DNA of 64,000 nt from Eledone cirrhosa (taxonomy: Eukaryota), in the NCBI GenBank assembly GCA_964016885.1, contig OZ024740.1, positions 65,348,001 to 65,412,000 on the forward strand, read 5' to 3'. The notes below the pieces were generated by a model. It worked only from the letters and a program-made list of their open reading frames with translations, was not told where the DNA came from and did no database searches. Positions 1 through 12,499 of the stretch are shown piece by piece. Position numbers and translations under genes: made by a program. How positions within the stretch are numbered: position 1 is the first letter of the stretch; each line of letters begins with the position of its first letter.

Positions 1-2298
1 TATCGCATGTTCTAACTACGCGAGTCTTCTTCACTTTCTCTCATTATTCTATATTACAATTTGTTTAAGATATATCCATAATTTTTTTCAGCTATTGTTG
101 CTATATATGTTTTTATTTATCTTGTATTTAGTGAGTGAAATTTCAATGTGGAGGCAGATTTTACGATCATAATACATTTCTCAGCAGATCACCAAATCAA
201 TGCAGTATCGTATAACAACGCGCGGGAAACTGATTCACATTCTGCTGCCAATGGTGCACAATTATGTTTTTATACGGTAGGGCACATGTTTCGATTAGTT
301 AATCTTTACAAGTGTAAATGCTTTCATAATATTGAATGTGAATTTATAAGTTAGTAATATCTCCATAGTTCACAGAACCGATTTCTTTTTCTCGAACACA
401 CTACGTAGATGACAAACGTGCTGCAACATTTCTAACTCTATATCTGGTAAATGGCTACACATGTCCAATATACGTTTACTCTGCCATGGAATCTTACATG
501 TGATGTTACCCAAACAATAATCGAATATATTTTTGGTTTTAGAAGATACATCAAATTCTTCAGTTATATCGTAACATCTTAGGAAACTTTTAAGCCTGTT
601 TCACAGAGTCCATTATCGCACCACATTTATTATATGTGTATGATTTAAACAAACCTGCAACATAAATCATATGTAACACGTAAGACACACTTGCCAAATA
701 AGTTATGTACATAACATGCTTATATCAATATTTGAGGAATATTTAATGCGTACAGTGCGTTTTACTTCATATTTTCATTGTCTGACATATTTATAATTCC
801 GTAAATCCTCTACGATATGATTCGTTTCTGGGCCAGATATGCGGGAAAATTTTATTCAGTTCTGTATGTGAAGGAATCATTCCCTGAATTATAAATTGTA
901 CCAAATCTCTACTACTTCTCTTATCTTCTATGAACGCTTTTGTATAAACTGAATAATTAAATGAAACAATTTTAAGATAAAATTTCACGGTCCTAGGGAA
1001 TTCGTGTGGGAACTGTAGTTACATACGGCGTCCAAGTTCTTCTTTTTTAATCTGGCAGATACCATCCAGAACTAAATGCAGCAGATTTTTTTCAGAGAAA
1101 GATAGAGTGAGAGAATGGGAGTGAGAAAGTGACATACAGAAAGAATCGACACCAGTACTTGACTGGTACTCTTTTCTCGACCTCGAATTGATGAAAGGCA
1201 AAGTTCACCTCGGTGCGCTGTGTATTCAGAGGGAAGAGGGCAAAAACAGATACTGCAAAACATTCTATCCAACGTTCTAACGACTCTGCCATTTTGCCTC
1301 CGATAATTTCCATATAAATGCAGTCGTATTTTTATCATAATTATACATTTAAAATAGTGAAATCAGATTTAGATTATTGAAACGTAACTTAAAAAAGATA
1401 TAGCCAAATAAAGAACCTAGTTACAATATGATAAAACGTTGTATATTATATGAACATATTCTAAATCTTTAATTACGTGCCGTCAGTATTTCTCCGTACA
1501 TATTTCTCCGTACATAATCTTTATGCAAATGTCGGTGTATATACGGATCTGCATCCGTGCCTGTAACCGACATCTGTGTTTGTATGTACGTTGGTAGTAG
1601 TCTTTACATGTTTACATGTTTATAGATATATCTATATATGAACGTTTATTTCAAAATCATCAAAACCAGTGCGCTTGGCTATTAATGATTATATGCGCTC
1701 TAATGCGTAGTATTTTCATTTTATTATCACCAGCGTGATTTAAACCAATTGCATCGAATTTATTTTACTAGAAGCCAGATAACCCAGAATGAAAAGAACA
1801 AGTTGAATGTCCGTTAAATTATGTATTTTCCCCGAGGAACATGCCGAATTGGAAAACTAGATACTACGAGAAGACAGGTTTTCACGAATGAAAATGTAGA
1901 CACGAATAACTCATTAAGCTAGATATACAAGAAATATGTCAACGTGAAACATGCGTATCTTACATATAAGTAGGTTACGAATGTTAAGGGGAGGGAAATT
2001 CAATAAGCATATTGGACGTACGCAATGATAGATTGTCCCCATCAGGGAATTATATTCTATTACCAGTTCTCAAATAGTCTAACTGGGTAATTGCTGGCCT
2101 TGTACCTAACGTAGAAACAATTATTTTAAAATGCCTGCAATCTAGTAAATTTCCTGTCTCTCTGCTGACCACAGACTGCTTGTCTCTGTGCTCTGAAACA
2201 TTTATTCACATCGCTGTCATTGACATATTTGGATGTTTTAAAAGCTGTTCCTGCTTTGAATTGGGTCATATTTCTATGAATTCGAATGTTCTGCATTC

Positions 2299-2474
2299 AC
2301 AGATTGATTTTTGTAGTTTCAGAAGATCCCATTAAGGGTGAAAGCAGCGATTCTTTGCTTAAAATTTAATCTGTTATTTTAATAAATATTTGCTCTAGGG
2401 CTCTTATATATTTGATATATAATTATCCTTATCTAACCCGCTTTGGATTTTAGTCTTCACATTTATTATTATTA

Positions 2475-2480
<6 letters not shown>
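2299..2480 (+). mobile_element. Short non-coding dispersed repeat, family A (other copies 9349-9532, 45263-45450, fragment 45951-45991), with an atypical HHR-like motif
   Basis: Shared sequence ...AATCTGTTATTTTAATAAATATTTGC...GGATTTTAGTCTTCA...TTATTATTATTAC running into (TA)n in three copies; hammerhead-like topology at 2315-2365. Confidence 0.75.
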
Positions 2481-2525
<45 letters not shown>

Positions 2526-2528
<3 letters not shown>

Positions 2529-2991
2529 TGTATATATAGCGTATTTTGCAATACACTGTATGGTTAATTAAGAGCATTTCGAAGAACTTACGCTATTGTT
2601 TTAGAGTAGTGATATTCTCACTTACTTTAAATTTTCAGCAAACAGGGGAGATTAAGCTGACAGAGCTGTGTTTCGTACTGATTGGTACTTATCAAAGCCA
2701 AGTACTCCACCTGTTTGCTGAAAATCACGAATGTTTGATTCTTATAGAATTTTTAGTAATAATCAGGAACTGATTATACAGAGCGGTTGCCGGTCAAGCA
2801 GGAATTGAAAATTAGAATTGGCGCTCTGAAATAGCGATATATATATATATATATGAATGTATATATAGTGTATTTTGCAATACACTGTATGCTTAATTAA
2901 AAGCATTTCGAAGACCTTAGGCTATTGTTTTAGAGTAGTGAGATTCTCACTTACTTTAAATTTTCAGCAAACAGGGGAGGTAAAGCTGACA
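2526..2991 (-). mobile_element. HHR-bearing short repeat, family B: full unit (2526-2838) plus a partial tandem copy (2854-2991); PLE pLTR/retrozyme-like
   Basis: 2526-2661 is repeated at 2854-2991; flanked by (TA)n and (CA)n; contains the HHR at 2655-2699. Confidence 0.75.
2655..2699 (-). ncRNA. Type I hammerhead ribozyme, U3:A8 core
   Basis: Minus strand reads GGCU-UUGAUAA-GUAC(caauca)GUAC-GAAAC-acagcucu-GUC/AGCU; stem I is extended by pairing of 2631-2650 with 2705-2725. Confidence 0.8.
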
Positions 2992-3015
2992 CACACACAC
3001 ACACATATATATATC

Positions 3016-3113
3016 GGGGTCCTACTCGTTCCTATTATCCACTCTACTACCCTAAGTATTGAGTACTTTGGTGCGTTATGGTCCACCTGGTTCCCTTTCA
3101 CATTTCCTTCGTT
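3016..3113 (+). mobile_element. 3' fragment of HHR family G starting at the predicted cleavage site
   Basis: Near-identical to 40496-40593 (GGGGTCCTACTCGTTCCTATT...CATTTCCTYCGTT then (TA)n). Confidence 0.8.
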
Positions 3114-3769
3114 ATATATATATATATAGAAGCGTGTGTGTTTGTGTGTGTGTGGATAGATACATTTTGGAATATTTGAAATTTGGAAATGTGCGTTCAA
3201 ATGCAAACGATGATAACATTTAATAGATTCAAATCATAAGTTCCAAATTTCAATGCTTCTAATGCCAACCACATGTTTATAATTTAAGCAACGGACTTAT
3301 AATCTTCGCAGATGTCGAAATTGGAGAGGAGCAAACTCTTAGCGTAGTGAATAACCTAAGTAGCCAACATCCGAGAAGTGCGGAGTTCGATTTCCCAAAG
3401 GGACCTCAGTTCACATTTTCGCTCTCTAGGGCTAATTTCCTTGAGTTTGTTCAAATATATATATATAATTATTTACAAATATGGTCACAGCTTTACCACT
3501 TAAAAAACATTTAATATATATATATATGAACACGAAATGTGTCAGAAATGAGTAGGTCTAATTGTGCCGTGTGATGTATGAATGGGTTAGGTATCAGCAG
3601 GTTCCATCACATTTAACATACTATGAACTATGCAGAGGATGTAACTGGGATCACAGCCAAAGTATGCTTTTTCACGTTCTGTTGTTAATAGGCTCTCAAT
3701 TGTGGACCATTGAGCTAAGAGTACAGAACAACGAACCAGCCTGAGGTTTCTTGTTCGGTTAGGGAAAAC

Positions 3770-4230
3770 TCCGTCAGTATACTGCAGCAAGTACTAGGAG
3801 ATGAGCCGATGTCGCGCTCATGGATTTATGGAGGGTCATAAAAGTTGGTAGAGCACTTACAGAGCAGAAGGCCTTCACCGAATAGGACTGAGGCCAAGGT
3901 GGTGATTGGTGATCGTTTGTCGACAGTTTGAGTGATTGTAAGTGATCTGGGCATGAAGTGCAACACGGTTTGGAAGATTATCTCCGAACATTTGGTCCTT
4001 CTGAATGCTTGTGCGATCATAGTGCCAAAGATGCTGAACGATGACCAGATGAACGGTGTATGTATGTATGTTAGGATATCCTAGAGACTTGTGAAACTAA
4101 ACCAAACTTGCTGTTGAGTGGCCACACGGGGGATGAGTCATGGACTTTCTAGTCCAACCTTTGTTTCCGAACGTGGAACCCAACAAGCGGGAAAAGACGA
4201 CGGAGTAGTAGAGAAGACCGGAAGATTCTG
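3770..4230 (+). pseudogene. Decayed Tc1/mariner transposase fragment
   Basis: Translates to ...SDLGMKCNTVWKIISEHLVLLNACAIIVPKMLNDDQM and ...TGDESW, matching the mariner WVPxxL linker and first catalytic Asp motif; stops and frameshifts present. Confidence 0.65.
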
Positions 4231-4764
4231 ACTGATCTGACTGATCAGCCAGTCTGCTAATATGCAAATCAGGCCGATCAGTCACTGTGTATTTTGGGAA
4301 ATAGCATATATTTTCACTCGCTCTGACAATTTGGCAGGTGAACAGTGAGCTGTACTGATGAAGGGTGATACACAGAAACATTAGTGTATGCAATTCTCTT
4401 CACATGCCAACACAAGAGCAAGAATGAAGGGTTCACTCTACTGGCATGGCTATACAATTGAGGCTTGTTTGCATAATTGCAAACGAATCGAATGTTATTG
4501 TTAATATTCGAAAACACTCAGATTAAATTTATTGTATTCAGCCATGTAGAGCGAAAACTTTCTTTTTTAATATATATATGTATATATATAAAGATATAGA
4601 TAAAGATTATGTTAAGTATATATATATATTAGAAAGTGAGGTTTTTTTTACAAAATGAAAAATAACCGAGGTGTCCTACACGAATGAAAGTATAAAGAAA
4701 AAAAGAGGAAATCGAAAATGCAACTGGAGTCTTATTTTTTTTTAAATATATATATTTATTTAGT

Positions 4765-4803
4765 TACTTTACCGGTTTCGCAGTTCTCTGCTTTTCAAAA
4801 GTA
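4765..4803 (-). ncRNA. Type I hammerhead ribozyme (family C, left arm), U3:A8 core
   Basis: Reverse complement of the 5601-5640 motif, with loop II one nt shorter. Confidence 0.8.
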
Positions 4804-5600
4804 GAGTTGAGATGGAGGGTCTGTGGTTTTTCTCACATCTGGTTGGTCTCTGAATGTTACTTGTTTTATATGGAAAAAGTGGCTCGAAATGCCAGGTTTT
4901 TGGAGAAGTAATTTGATTGGTTGGTCAATAATTATAATAAATTTCGCGCCAGTTCGCGTTACAACAGTTCTTCAAATAAGAGGGGGGGGGGTCGCAGGTT
5001 GTTTTTTTTTTTATATATGAGTGTTTGAATTTCTTTTTACTTGAAAAAAGGGGCTCACGAAGGCTTTTTTTAAAATAAGCGTAATTTGATTGGTTATAAA
5101 TGAAATTATTACTGTCACGTGAACAAGTTTTCGCCTTTTTAGAGAATTTTATGATAAGTAAAAGATAATGGTCAAGAGAAATGGGAAGGGAGAATTGTTC
5201 TGGTTCAGTGAATACGGTTAGTTCGCTGGGGTGTCAGAATTCAGATTTTCTATTGAATAAAGAAAGTAAAGATATGTATGTTTATTTGTGTGCTTGTGTG
5301 TGTGTGTGTGTGTGTGTGTGTTGTGTGTGTGTGTTTGAATTTATTTTTACTTAAAAAAAAGTTGGCTCACGAAGGTTTTTTTTTAATAAACGTTATTTGA
5401 ACAACCTGTGACAACCCCCCCCCCCTGTTATTTGAAGAACTATTGTAACGTGAACTGGCGCGAAATTTATTATAATTATTGACCAACCAATCAAATTACT
5501 TCTCGAAAAACCTGGCATTTCGAGCCACTTTTTCCATATAAAACAAGTAACATTCAGAGACCAACCAGATGTGAGAAAAACACAGACTCCATCTCAACTC

Positions 5601-5640
5601 TACTTTTGAAAAGCAGAAGAACTGCGAAACCGGTAAAGTA
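5601..5640 (+). ncRNA. Minimal type I hammerhead ribozyme (family C), U3:A8 core, palindromic helix III
   Basis: UACUU-UUGAAAA-GCAG(aagaa)CUGC-GAA-ACCGGU-A/AAGUA; GUA cleavage triplet at 5633-5635. Confidence 0.85.
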
Positions 5641-7032
5641 ACCAAATAAATATATATATTTAAAAAAAAAAAATAAGACTCCAGTTGCATTTTCGATTTC
5701 ATCTATTTTTCTCTCTCTCTATATATATATACATTTGTATATATATATACACACATACATATATATATGTTTATGTGTGTGTGTGTGTGTGTGTGAGTGT
5801 GTGTGCGTGTGTGCGTGTGTGTCCGTGCGTGTGTGTGTGTGTGGGGTGGTGGTGTATATCTGTGTATACGACTAAATGACTGACGTCTGGAAATTTCTTT
5901 AAAAAAATTCCACAGAACACGGAAGTAGGATGTTCTAAACCGAGCTCCATATACATATCTCCATGATTGCATCTATATTCCTTTTTTTTTTTACTGAAAT
6001 TACTGTAGTTTATAGCCGTATACTAAATCTAATTTGCTGGAAATTTACCACATCTTGCTGTCGAAAAACAACGCACGTACCAAAATATGGGAATCGGGTA
6101 ATACGAACAATAAAAGAACAATCATAAATACGAGAAATTGTTTTTCGAGACGTAGAAGAATGAAAACGTTCGAAAATACACTATTATTTCTATTCAAAAT
6201 CTCCAAACTGTAATGTCATTTTCTAATTTTCAATTCAGCTCATGTATATTGTTATTTTAGGCCGTATTGTCATTTCTTTAAATATATTGATTTCAAACAC
6301 ATAATTTCACATTTGTATCATTCTTTGCTCTCTGAAATGTTACTTGTTCATTTAACACAAAACGACGCACTAATAAATTCAGTAAAGAAGTTATAACATT
6401 ATATTTTATTTTTTTAACAGGTTGGATATTAATACGAAATGTAGCGATCAATATTTATAGAGAAATCAGAATGTATCTCCAAAATAGCTGACTCAAAACA
6501 CACGTGTGTATAATTTTGCCAATTATTTTCAGATCGTTCCTCTTCTCACTCTCCATCTTTCTATTTCATCTTTTATTAGGGACTCCTATTGCAAGGAAGG
6601 ACATGTATGTGAGAGGATGAAAATAAATAGGAAGGAAGCCTTCCCTTATCAGCCTCACTAGAATGAGAGCAGAAATGAAGTCTGACACAAAAATGAAGGT
6701 GGAGAGAATTAATATTATAGTGATAATGGCTCAATGTCGTAATAATGATATTACCTGCCACAAGTGGTCCAACATGGATATAAACTTGATTTGACATTGA
6801 TCATGAGGGGAAAGAAAAACGACAGACCCAGCTGCATATATCTGGCAACAGTATATCATATAAAGGCGAATGAGAAACGGGTAAATATAAAGATTTAAGA
6901 AGAAATGAATTCATATAGAAAATATTATGAATATTATGAATACATACATTAGCCTCGCGAGATAATGTTTTCAAACACACACACACACACTCACACACAC
7001 ATATGTGCATGCATATATATATATATATATAC

Positions 7033-7111
<79 letters not shown>

Positions 7112-8293
7112 TGCATGAGGTCAACTTTGCATAAAATTCTTCCTCTAGCTCTCTTTCTCATTTCTTTTCTCTCACTTACAATCCTATTCTGGAAGAAGCT
7201 TGTATGCACGTATGCATATATGTTTGTATGTTGAATTTAATTCTGAATAAATTCGCGTGAAATGTTTTACAGAAATATTACTTAATGCTTGTAATATTAT
7301 GAACGTAAACAATACAAAATTATGATTGTTTTAATGAAAACATTATTTCACCCTGCATTAAGGTAACAAAGTTATGCTTATAATATTTGAAATTCTTCCA
7401 TGAAAAATACATTTAATATAGAATGCATTGATTGAGATGTATTTCATGAAATATTGTCTCTCTTTAACTGTCAGCTTTAAAAGCGACAATTGGCTAAAAT
7501 TTACATTGTATTATATATAATTATATCAAATATTTGAAAGCAAATGTGAAATATACAAGTAATATAAGTAATGGAATAAAATTGTTTCCTTTTCAAGGAA
7601 ATCCCATTGTATATAATGTTATGTCAGAAATACACTTTATTAAGTATCTTCCCTCTAAATAGCTAGCAATATTTGTAATTTGCGTTTAATGTTTCCCCGT
7701 ATAATAAAATAAAGAAAATTGCTATAATTTAAGCTTATAATAGCCCTCTTTCTGTATTTCATATCATATGACATATTTATTCCATTTGTTGTAGTAAATA
7801 TTGCTTTCAATACAATTGTTTCTTCCGTAATATATTTAAAATATAATATATGTCATTTTCAATTAAGGACTTCTGTTTCTTCTGAAATAGAAAAATGTTA
7901 TACGATATTCGCATTGCCTCTGCCAGAAATGGTATCCATGCAGTATATTTCATCTTATAATTCATCTTATGATTGAAAAAATCAAATGAAGATTTATGGT
8001 AATTCGCTATGTTAGAAATCAGTCTTAATGAGGATAGATAATTAAATAAATAATTTAATTCATGATTATCGCAAACAAGCATTCCATCTGATTTGCGAAT
8101 ACTATTCGCATTAATCTTTAAATATATATATTTTTTGAGCATTGTGAGTTTATATTATAATTCATACTTGAAGCAATGATTCGACTGTTCGCTATCAATA
8201 TTTTCTTGGTAATTCAATTATATTTTATGTGATATTAATCATCTCTCTTAATTTCTATCTATAAAATACTGCAGTTTGTGACATCTTCTGTCT

Positions 8294-8295
<2 letters not shown>

Positions 8296-8378
<83 letters not shown>
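8296..8378. repeat. (CT)n microsatellite
   Basis: Direct inspection. Confidence 0.95.
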
Positions 8379-8382
<4 letters not shown>

Positions 8383-8699
8383 ATATTTATTTATTTATAT
8401 ATATGGCTTTATTAAATCTGTCAACGAGTAAGCGTCTATACGGCCTGTGAACGAAATAGTCGTTATTCACAAACGATAAGGAGACATTAAGGTATATAGT
8501 GTAGAATCATTATGTCTGCTATGGTATTCCTAGAGTAATGGTACTGATCTCCCTATATACGACGTAGTAATGGAGCACGCTATTAATGCATATAAGCATG
8601 TTTATTAAGACGCTGGCTGTATGTACATACATATTTGTAGGTGATTCATTGAGTCACTCCTGGTGTATGTATCGACGCGTTTATCAACTCTGTCACGTT

Positions 8700-9340
8700 T
8701 GCAATGCAAGAAAATTTAGAACAACGGTTCACGATCAAAGTATGTGGGATACTGAATATATCTGCGACCGAAAATGTTCTTCCTTTTATACAAGTTTATG
8801 CAGATGCTACTCAATCGAGAAGTAAGATTTTTAAATGGCAGAACGCTTTCAAAGAGAACAGAGAAAATGCTGAAGACGAACCGCATTCGTGAAAGCCAAC
8901 TGCGTCAAATGAATAACATTTGTGGTGAGAGTACTGATGGCGAAAGATCACCGAGTAAGTGTTAGAAATATTGCTGAAGAAATAGGCGTAGTTTACAGAA
9001 TAATAAACCATTTGCAAATGCGAAAGATTTGTGCAAAACTAGTGCCCAAATATTTGTCTCTGTAGGTAAAAGTGAACCAAAAGTGAACTATATTACCTGG
9101 ATAACATAATAACAAGAGATGAATCATGAGTGTTCGAGTACGATTCAGGGATAACACTGTAAAGTGAGGAGTAGCACAAGAACATTTTTCCCCGTCTAAA
9201 GAAAGCACGCAGGAGCAGATCTATGATGAAAACATTTGTTATGTTTTTATTTCACGAAAGACGTAGTATTCTTTAAAAAGATGTTTTAACTCCGGACAGA
9301 CAGCTAATTGCAGCCTCTACAAATATGTCTTCAAATTTGA
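8700..9340 (+). pseudogene. Decayed mariner transposase (N-terminal HTH to DDD region); small related piece at about 12085-12170
   Basis: ORF 8704-8892 MQENLEQRFTIKVC...SRSKIFKWQNAFKENRENAEDEPHS, then RKICAKLVPKYLS at about 9021. Confidence 0.75.
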
Positions 9341-9348
9341 TAAAATAA

Positions 9349-9532
9349 GAGATTAAAGATTAAACAAAGAATCGCTAAGAATCCCGTTAAGGGTGAAAAC
9401 AGCGATTCTTTGTTTACACATTAATCTGTTATTTTAATAAATATTTGCTCTACGGTTCTTATATATTTGATATATATTTATCCTTATCGAGCCTTCTTTG
9501 GATTTTAGTCTTCAAATTTATTATTATTACTA
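9349..9532 (+). mobile_element. Family A copy with a short fold-back 5' arm (9349-9430)
   Basis: AGATTAA...AAACAAAGAATCGCT is inverted to AGCGATTCTTTGTTT...TTAATCT; the remainder matches 2340-2480. Confidence 0.75.
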
Positions 9533-9547
9533 TATATATATATATAG

Positions 9548-9741
9548 TAATAATTGTTTCTACTTTAGGCACAAGGCCAGCAATTACCCAGTGCATTACT
9601 GGTACTTTATTCTATCGACCCCGTAAGGATGAAAGGAAAAGTCAACCGCAGCGGGATTTGATCTCAGATCGTAAAGGGACGTAACTATGCTGGAAAGCAT
9701 GGCGTCCGACCCTCCACCGATACTGCCAATCCACCGCCCTA
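9548..9741 (-). mobile_element. tRNA-derived SINE of the type common in octopod genomes
   Basis: Minus strand has A-box-like TGGCAGTATCGG and B-box-like GATCAAATCCC, core TTTCATCCTTACGGGGTCGATA..ATAAAGTACCAG and 3' GGCCTTGTGCCTAAAGTAGAAACAATTATT; several copies in the window. Confidence 0.8.
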
Positions 9742-9764
9742 TATATATAGTAATAATAATATAA

Positions 9765-9806
<42 letters not shown>

Positions 9807-10049
9807 ATGTGTGTGTATGTGTATGTGTGTGTGTTTGTGTGTGTGTGTGAGTGTGTATGATATGACAGTATTTTGCTCCATACAAAGATTCATCATTATG
9901 ACTGATTATCCTCCCGCACTTTCCTTTTCAGTTTTGCATTTTTTATCCTGTCCATCCCAAATGCTTTATTTCCATTCCAAATGGCATTTCTCCACTATAC
10001 TCTTTCTGCTGCACATCATTCACTATTTTTGTAGGATTTCTTAAGGCAT

Positions 10050-10800
10050 TTTATGCTCGCTAATAGAGAGCCTCTGTGTCTCCGCCTTGGCTTACGATGT
10101 TACCTCTTGCCCAGCTTAAGATCGTCATAAAATATTTACTTGGGAATGAGTCCATCACCCATAAAAATCATATGAGCTGTGCATCTTAACAGATCTTTAA
10201 TAAGCATTGCTTGAGGAAATGTAACTTTTTCCTGAGCAAAGATCTTAGTATCTGTAACGAATATGATCCCGCTCAGTTTGAATATATGCCGGGTACATTT
10301 TTAGTTGAACTGCTCCAATCGTTTAACATGCCGTGTGTGTACAACATCCATGTTTCGGATGAATACCAGAGTACACATGAGATGTATGGAGCTATCTTTC
10401 TCTCCAATTTAATGTGACGTTAAGACGATACTTTATTTTCTAGTCCACCAAAGGCTTTTCTTGTCTTTTGTATAGTAGATGTGGTTTTAATATCCAATTT
10501 GCCATCACCTTGTATCCTACTGCCAAGGGATTCAAAGGAGGTCACTCTCCCAAGAATTGTGCACTTAATGGGGATTGGGTGTGCAGTTGTCTGGTCCCCA
10601 GGATCAGGTTGAGGCTCTACAAATGATCTTTTCAATTTAATTATAAAACCGAACATCTCAAACGCAGCGTCGAAATCACTGATAAGTATTTGCTAGCCCT
10701 CCTCAGGGGATTTATTAGGTCGTAGTCATCTGCATACATTAGGTTACAGATCAAAGATGTGCCGACTTTAGGGTTAAATCTCACTCTACTTAAACTGAAC
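10050..10800 (-). pseudogene. Decayed RTE-clade LINE reverse transcriptase 3' fragment
   Basis: Minus strand gives NLMYADD at about 10725-10745, then FESLGSRI...RKAFGGLENKV; multiple stops. Confidence 0.6.
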
Positions 10801-10864
10801 ACATTACCTGAAGAGCCATGGCGGATAAAGACTCCTTCTGTATATCGGTTATATCTTCAAAATT

Positions 10865-11175
10865 AAGAACAATATTTCGTGCAATAATGAAAACTTATTT
10901 TACGTCATAACCTGCCGAAGTTGCTGTGAACATTATATAGAACAGACAGGGCTAACACCCCGACAAAGAATGGCTGTCCTCAGACAATAAATTAGAATTC
11001 CATACACTAGGAAAATCCCATTAAGCAAGCATATAGAAGAATTCGGAGGAAAAACACCACTAGACTTTGATGTTTTCACCTTTACCAGCGTGATTATGGA
11101 ATCACAGAGCAAGGGAGAATTAATAAAGAAAACATGTTAATTAACAAATTCAAGCCAAGCTTGAACTCACTTACA
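10865..11175 (+). pseudogene. Penelope-like element GIY-YIG endonuclease remnant
   Basis: Translates to SCNNENLFYVITCRSCCEHYIEQTGLTPRQRMAVLRQ, matching the N-(V/L)IY-x-I-x-C-x2-C-x3-YIGQT...R motif; followed by a family C HHR repeat. Confidence 0.75.
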
Positions 11176-11233
11176 ACATAACAAATATATATATATAGAT
11201 GTGAGAAAAACCACAGACCCTCCATCTAAACTC

Positions 11234-11273
11234 TACTTTTGAAAAGCAGAAGAACTGCGAAACCGGTAAAGGA
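11234..11273 (+). ncRNA. Type I hammerhead ribozyme (family C, third copy)
   Basis: UACUU-UUGAAAA-GCAG(aagaa)CUGC-GAAACCGGUA/AAGGA; one stem I mismatch. Confidence 0.75.
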
Positions 11274-12499
11274 ACGAAATAAATATATATATTTAAAAAA
11301 AAAAAAATAAGACTCCAGTTGCATTTTCGATTTCATCTCTTTTTCTTTATATATATATATATACACATTTTTATTTTCTTCCGCCAAGTGCTCTTACTAA
11401 ACTTTCTTGTTAATAAACATGTATAGAAATAGAGATACAAAAAAAAAAAAAAAAAATATGACAAATCTTAAATCATAAATTGTGCTTTCTCTTCTTTCAA
11501 TTAAATATTTCTGTATTCACATTTAGATTAGTTATTAATATTGCCTAATTAACTTTCTTTTACATTTTAGATTATTTAAGTAAAACAAAAATTAGGCCTG
11601 GGCATATCCATTAATTCTACACCTCTCTGGTTGTTACCAACCCAAAACACTGTCATTTAGGCACTTTCATCACGTATAAATCTACAGAAGAACATGGATA
11701 ATATATGCGTCATATTGGTTATTCGGTAAAAAAAATGACTGTATTCTAGAAGCTCTAGAAAATTAATCTACAGGAAATATCACTACGGCGAGGGTCTAAA
11801 TATAACACTAGCTAAAATATCTCCAATGCGTTTAAACCAATAAACGTCTTCATTTAGATGATTGCAAATGGTGATTACACCTAGAGAAATTGTTAAGGTT
11901 AAAATGCATAAAATGTTTTAGATTTTACTCGAAAACCAAAGAAATACACGAAGAAATCTTTAAAATTAAGAGAACCAATAATCAGCATCACTTATTTACA
12001 CAATCTATTTTAACATACATTACGTTATCGGCGCTGTAACACAAAGATTATAAAAATGTAGTTTACAGAACATTAAACGAATATTAGCGAAATATTTGTG
12101 CAAAACTAGTGCGCAGACATTTGTCTCTGTAGCAAAAAGTGAACCGGTTGAAAAAGTACGGTGAGGCAATATAACAACAGCTGCCACCATCGTATCTGAA
12201 TCAAAAACAAAAACACACTTTTTTCTTCTCTGTTGTTTTCTTTGCTTTTTTCCTTAAAGCCGCTTGGAGCGTGTTTACCATCATTCTTTTGGTATACAAC
12301 TATTGTATTGGTATACAACTATTATGCACATGATAAATTCACCGCGTTCATACTCAGCCTGGCCGCTGAAATGTGCATAATGTTTGCAGAAACAAATAAT
12401 TACAAATAAAGAGAAATTATGAATAAAGGGAATTCAAGTTGTCTGGTCTCCTGTCATTTTAATTTAACAACGTTTCCGCACCACCAGCATGATTGAACA

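Larger units (their letters stand above)
4690..5715. mobile_element. Family C fold-back element: about 315-bp inverted arms (4690-5005 / 5400-5715), each with an HHR; internal short direct repeat (5022-5090 / 5331-5400)
   Basis: The arms are reverse complements with few mismatches; a third partial copy lies at 11197-11350. Confidence 0.85.

Noticed and set aside
5426-5475. Second hammerhead-like motif in family C (TTGAAGA...GAAA)
   Set aside because: Stem II cannot be formed; likely chance in AT-rich sequence.
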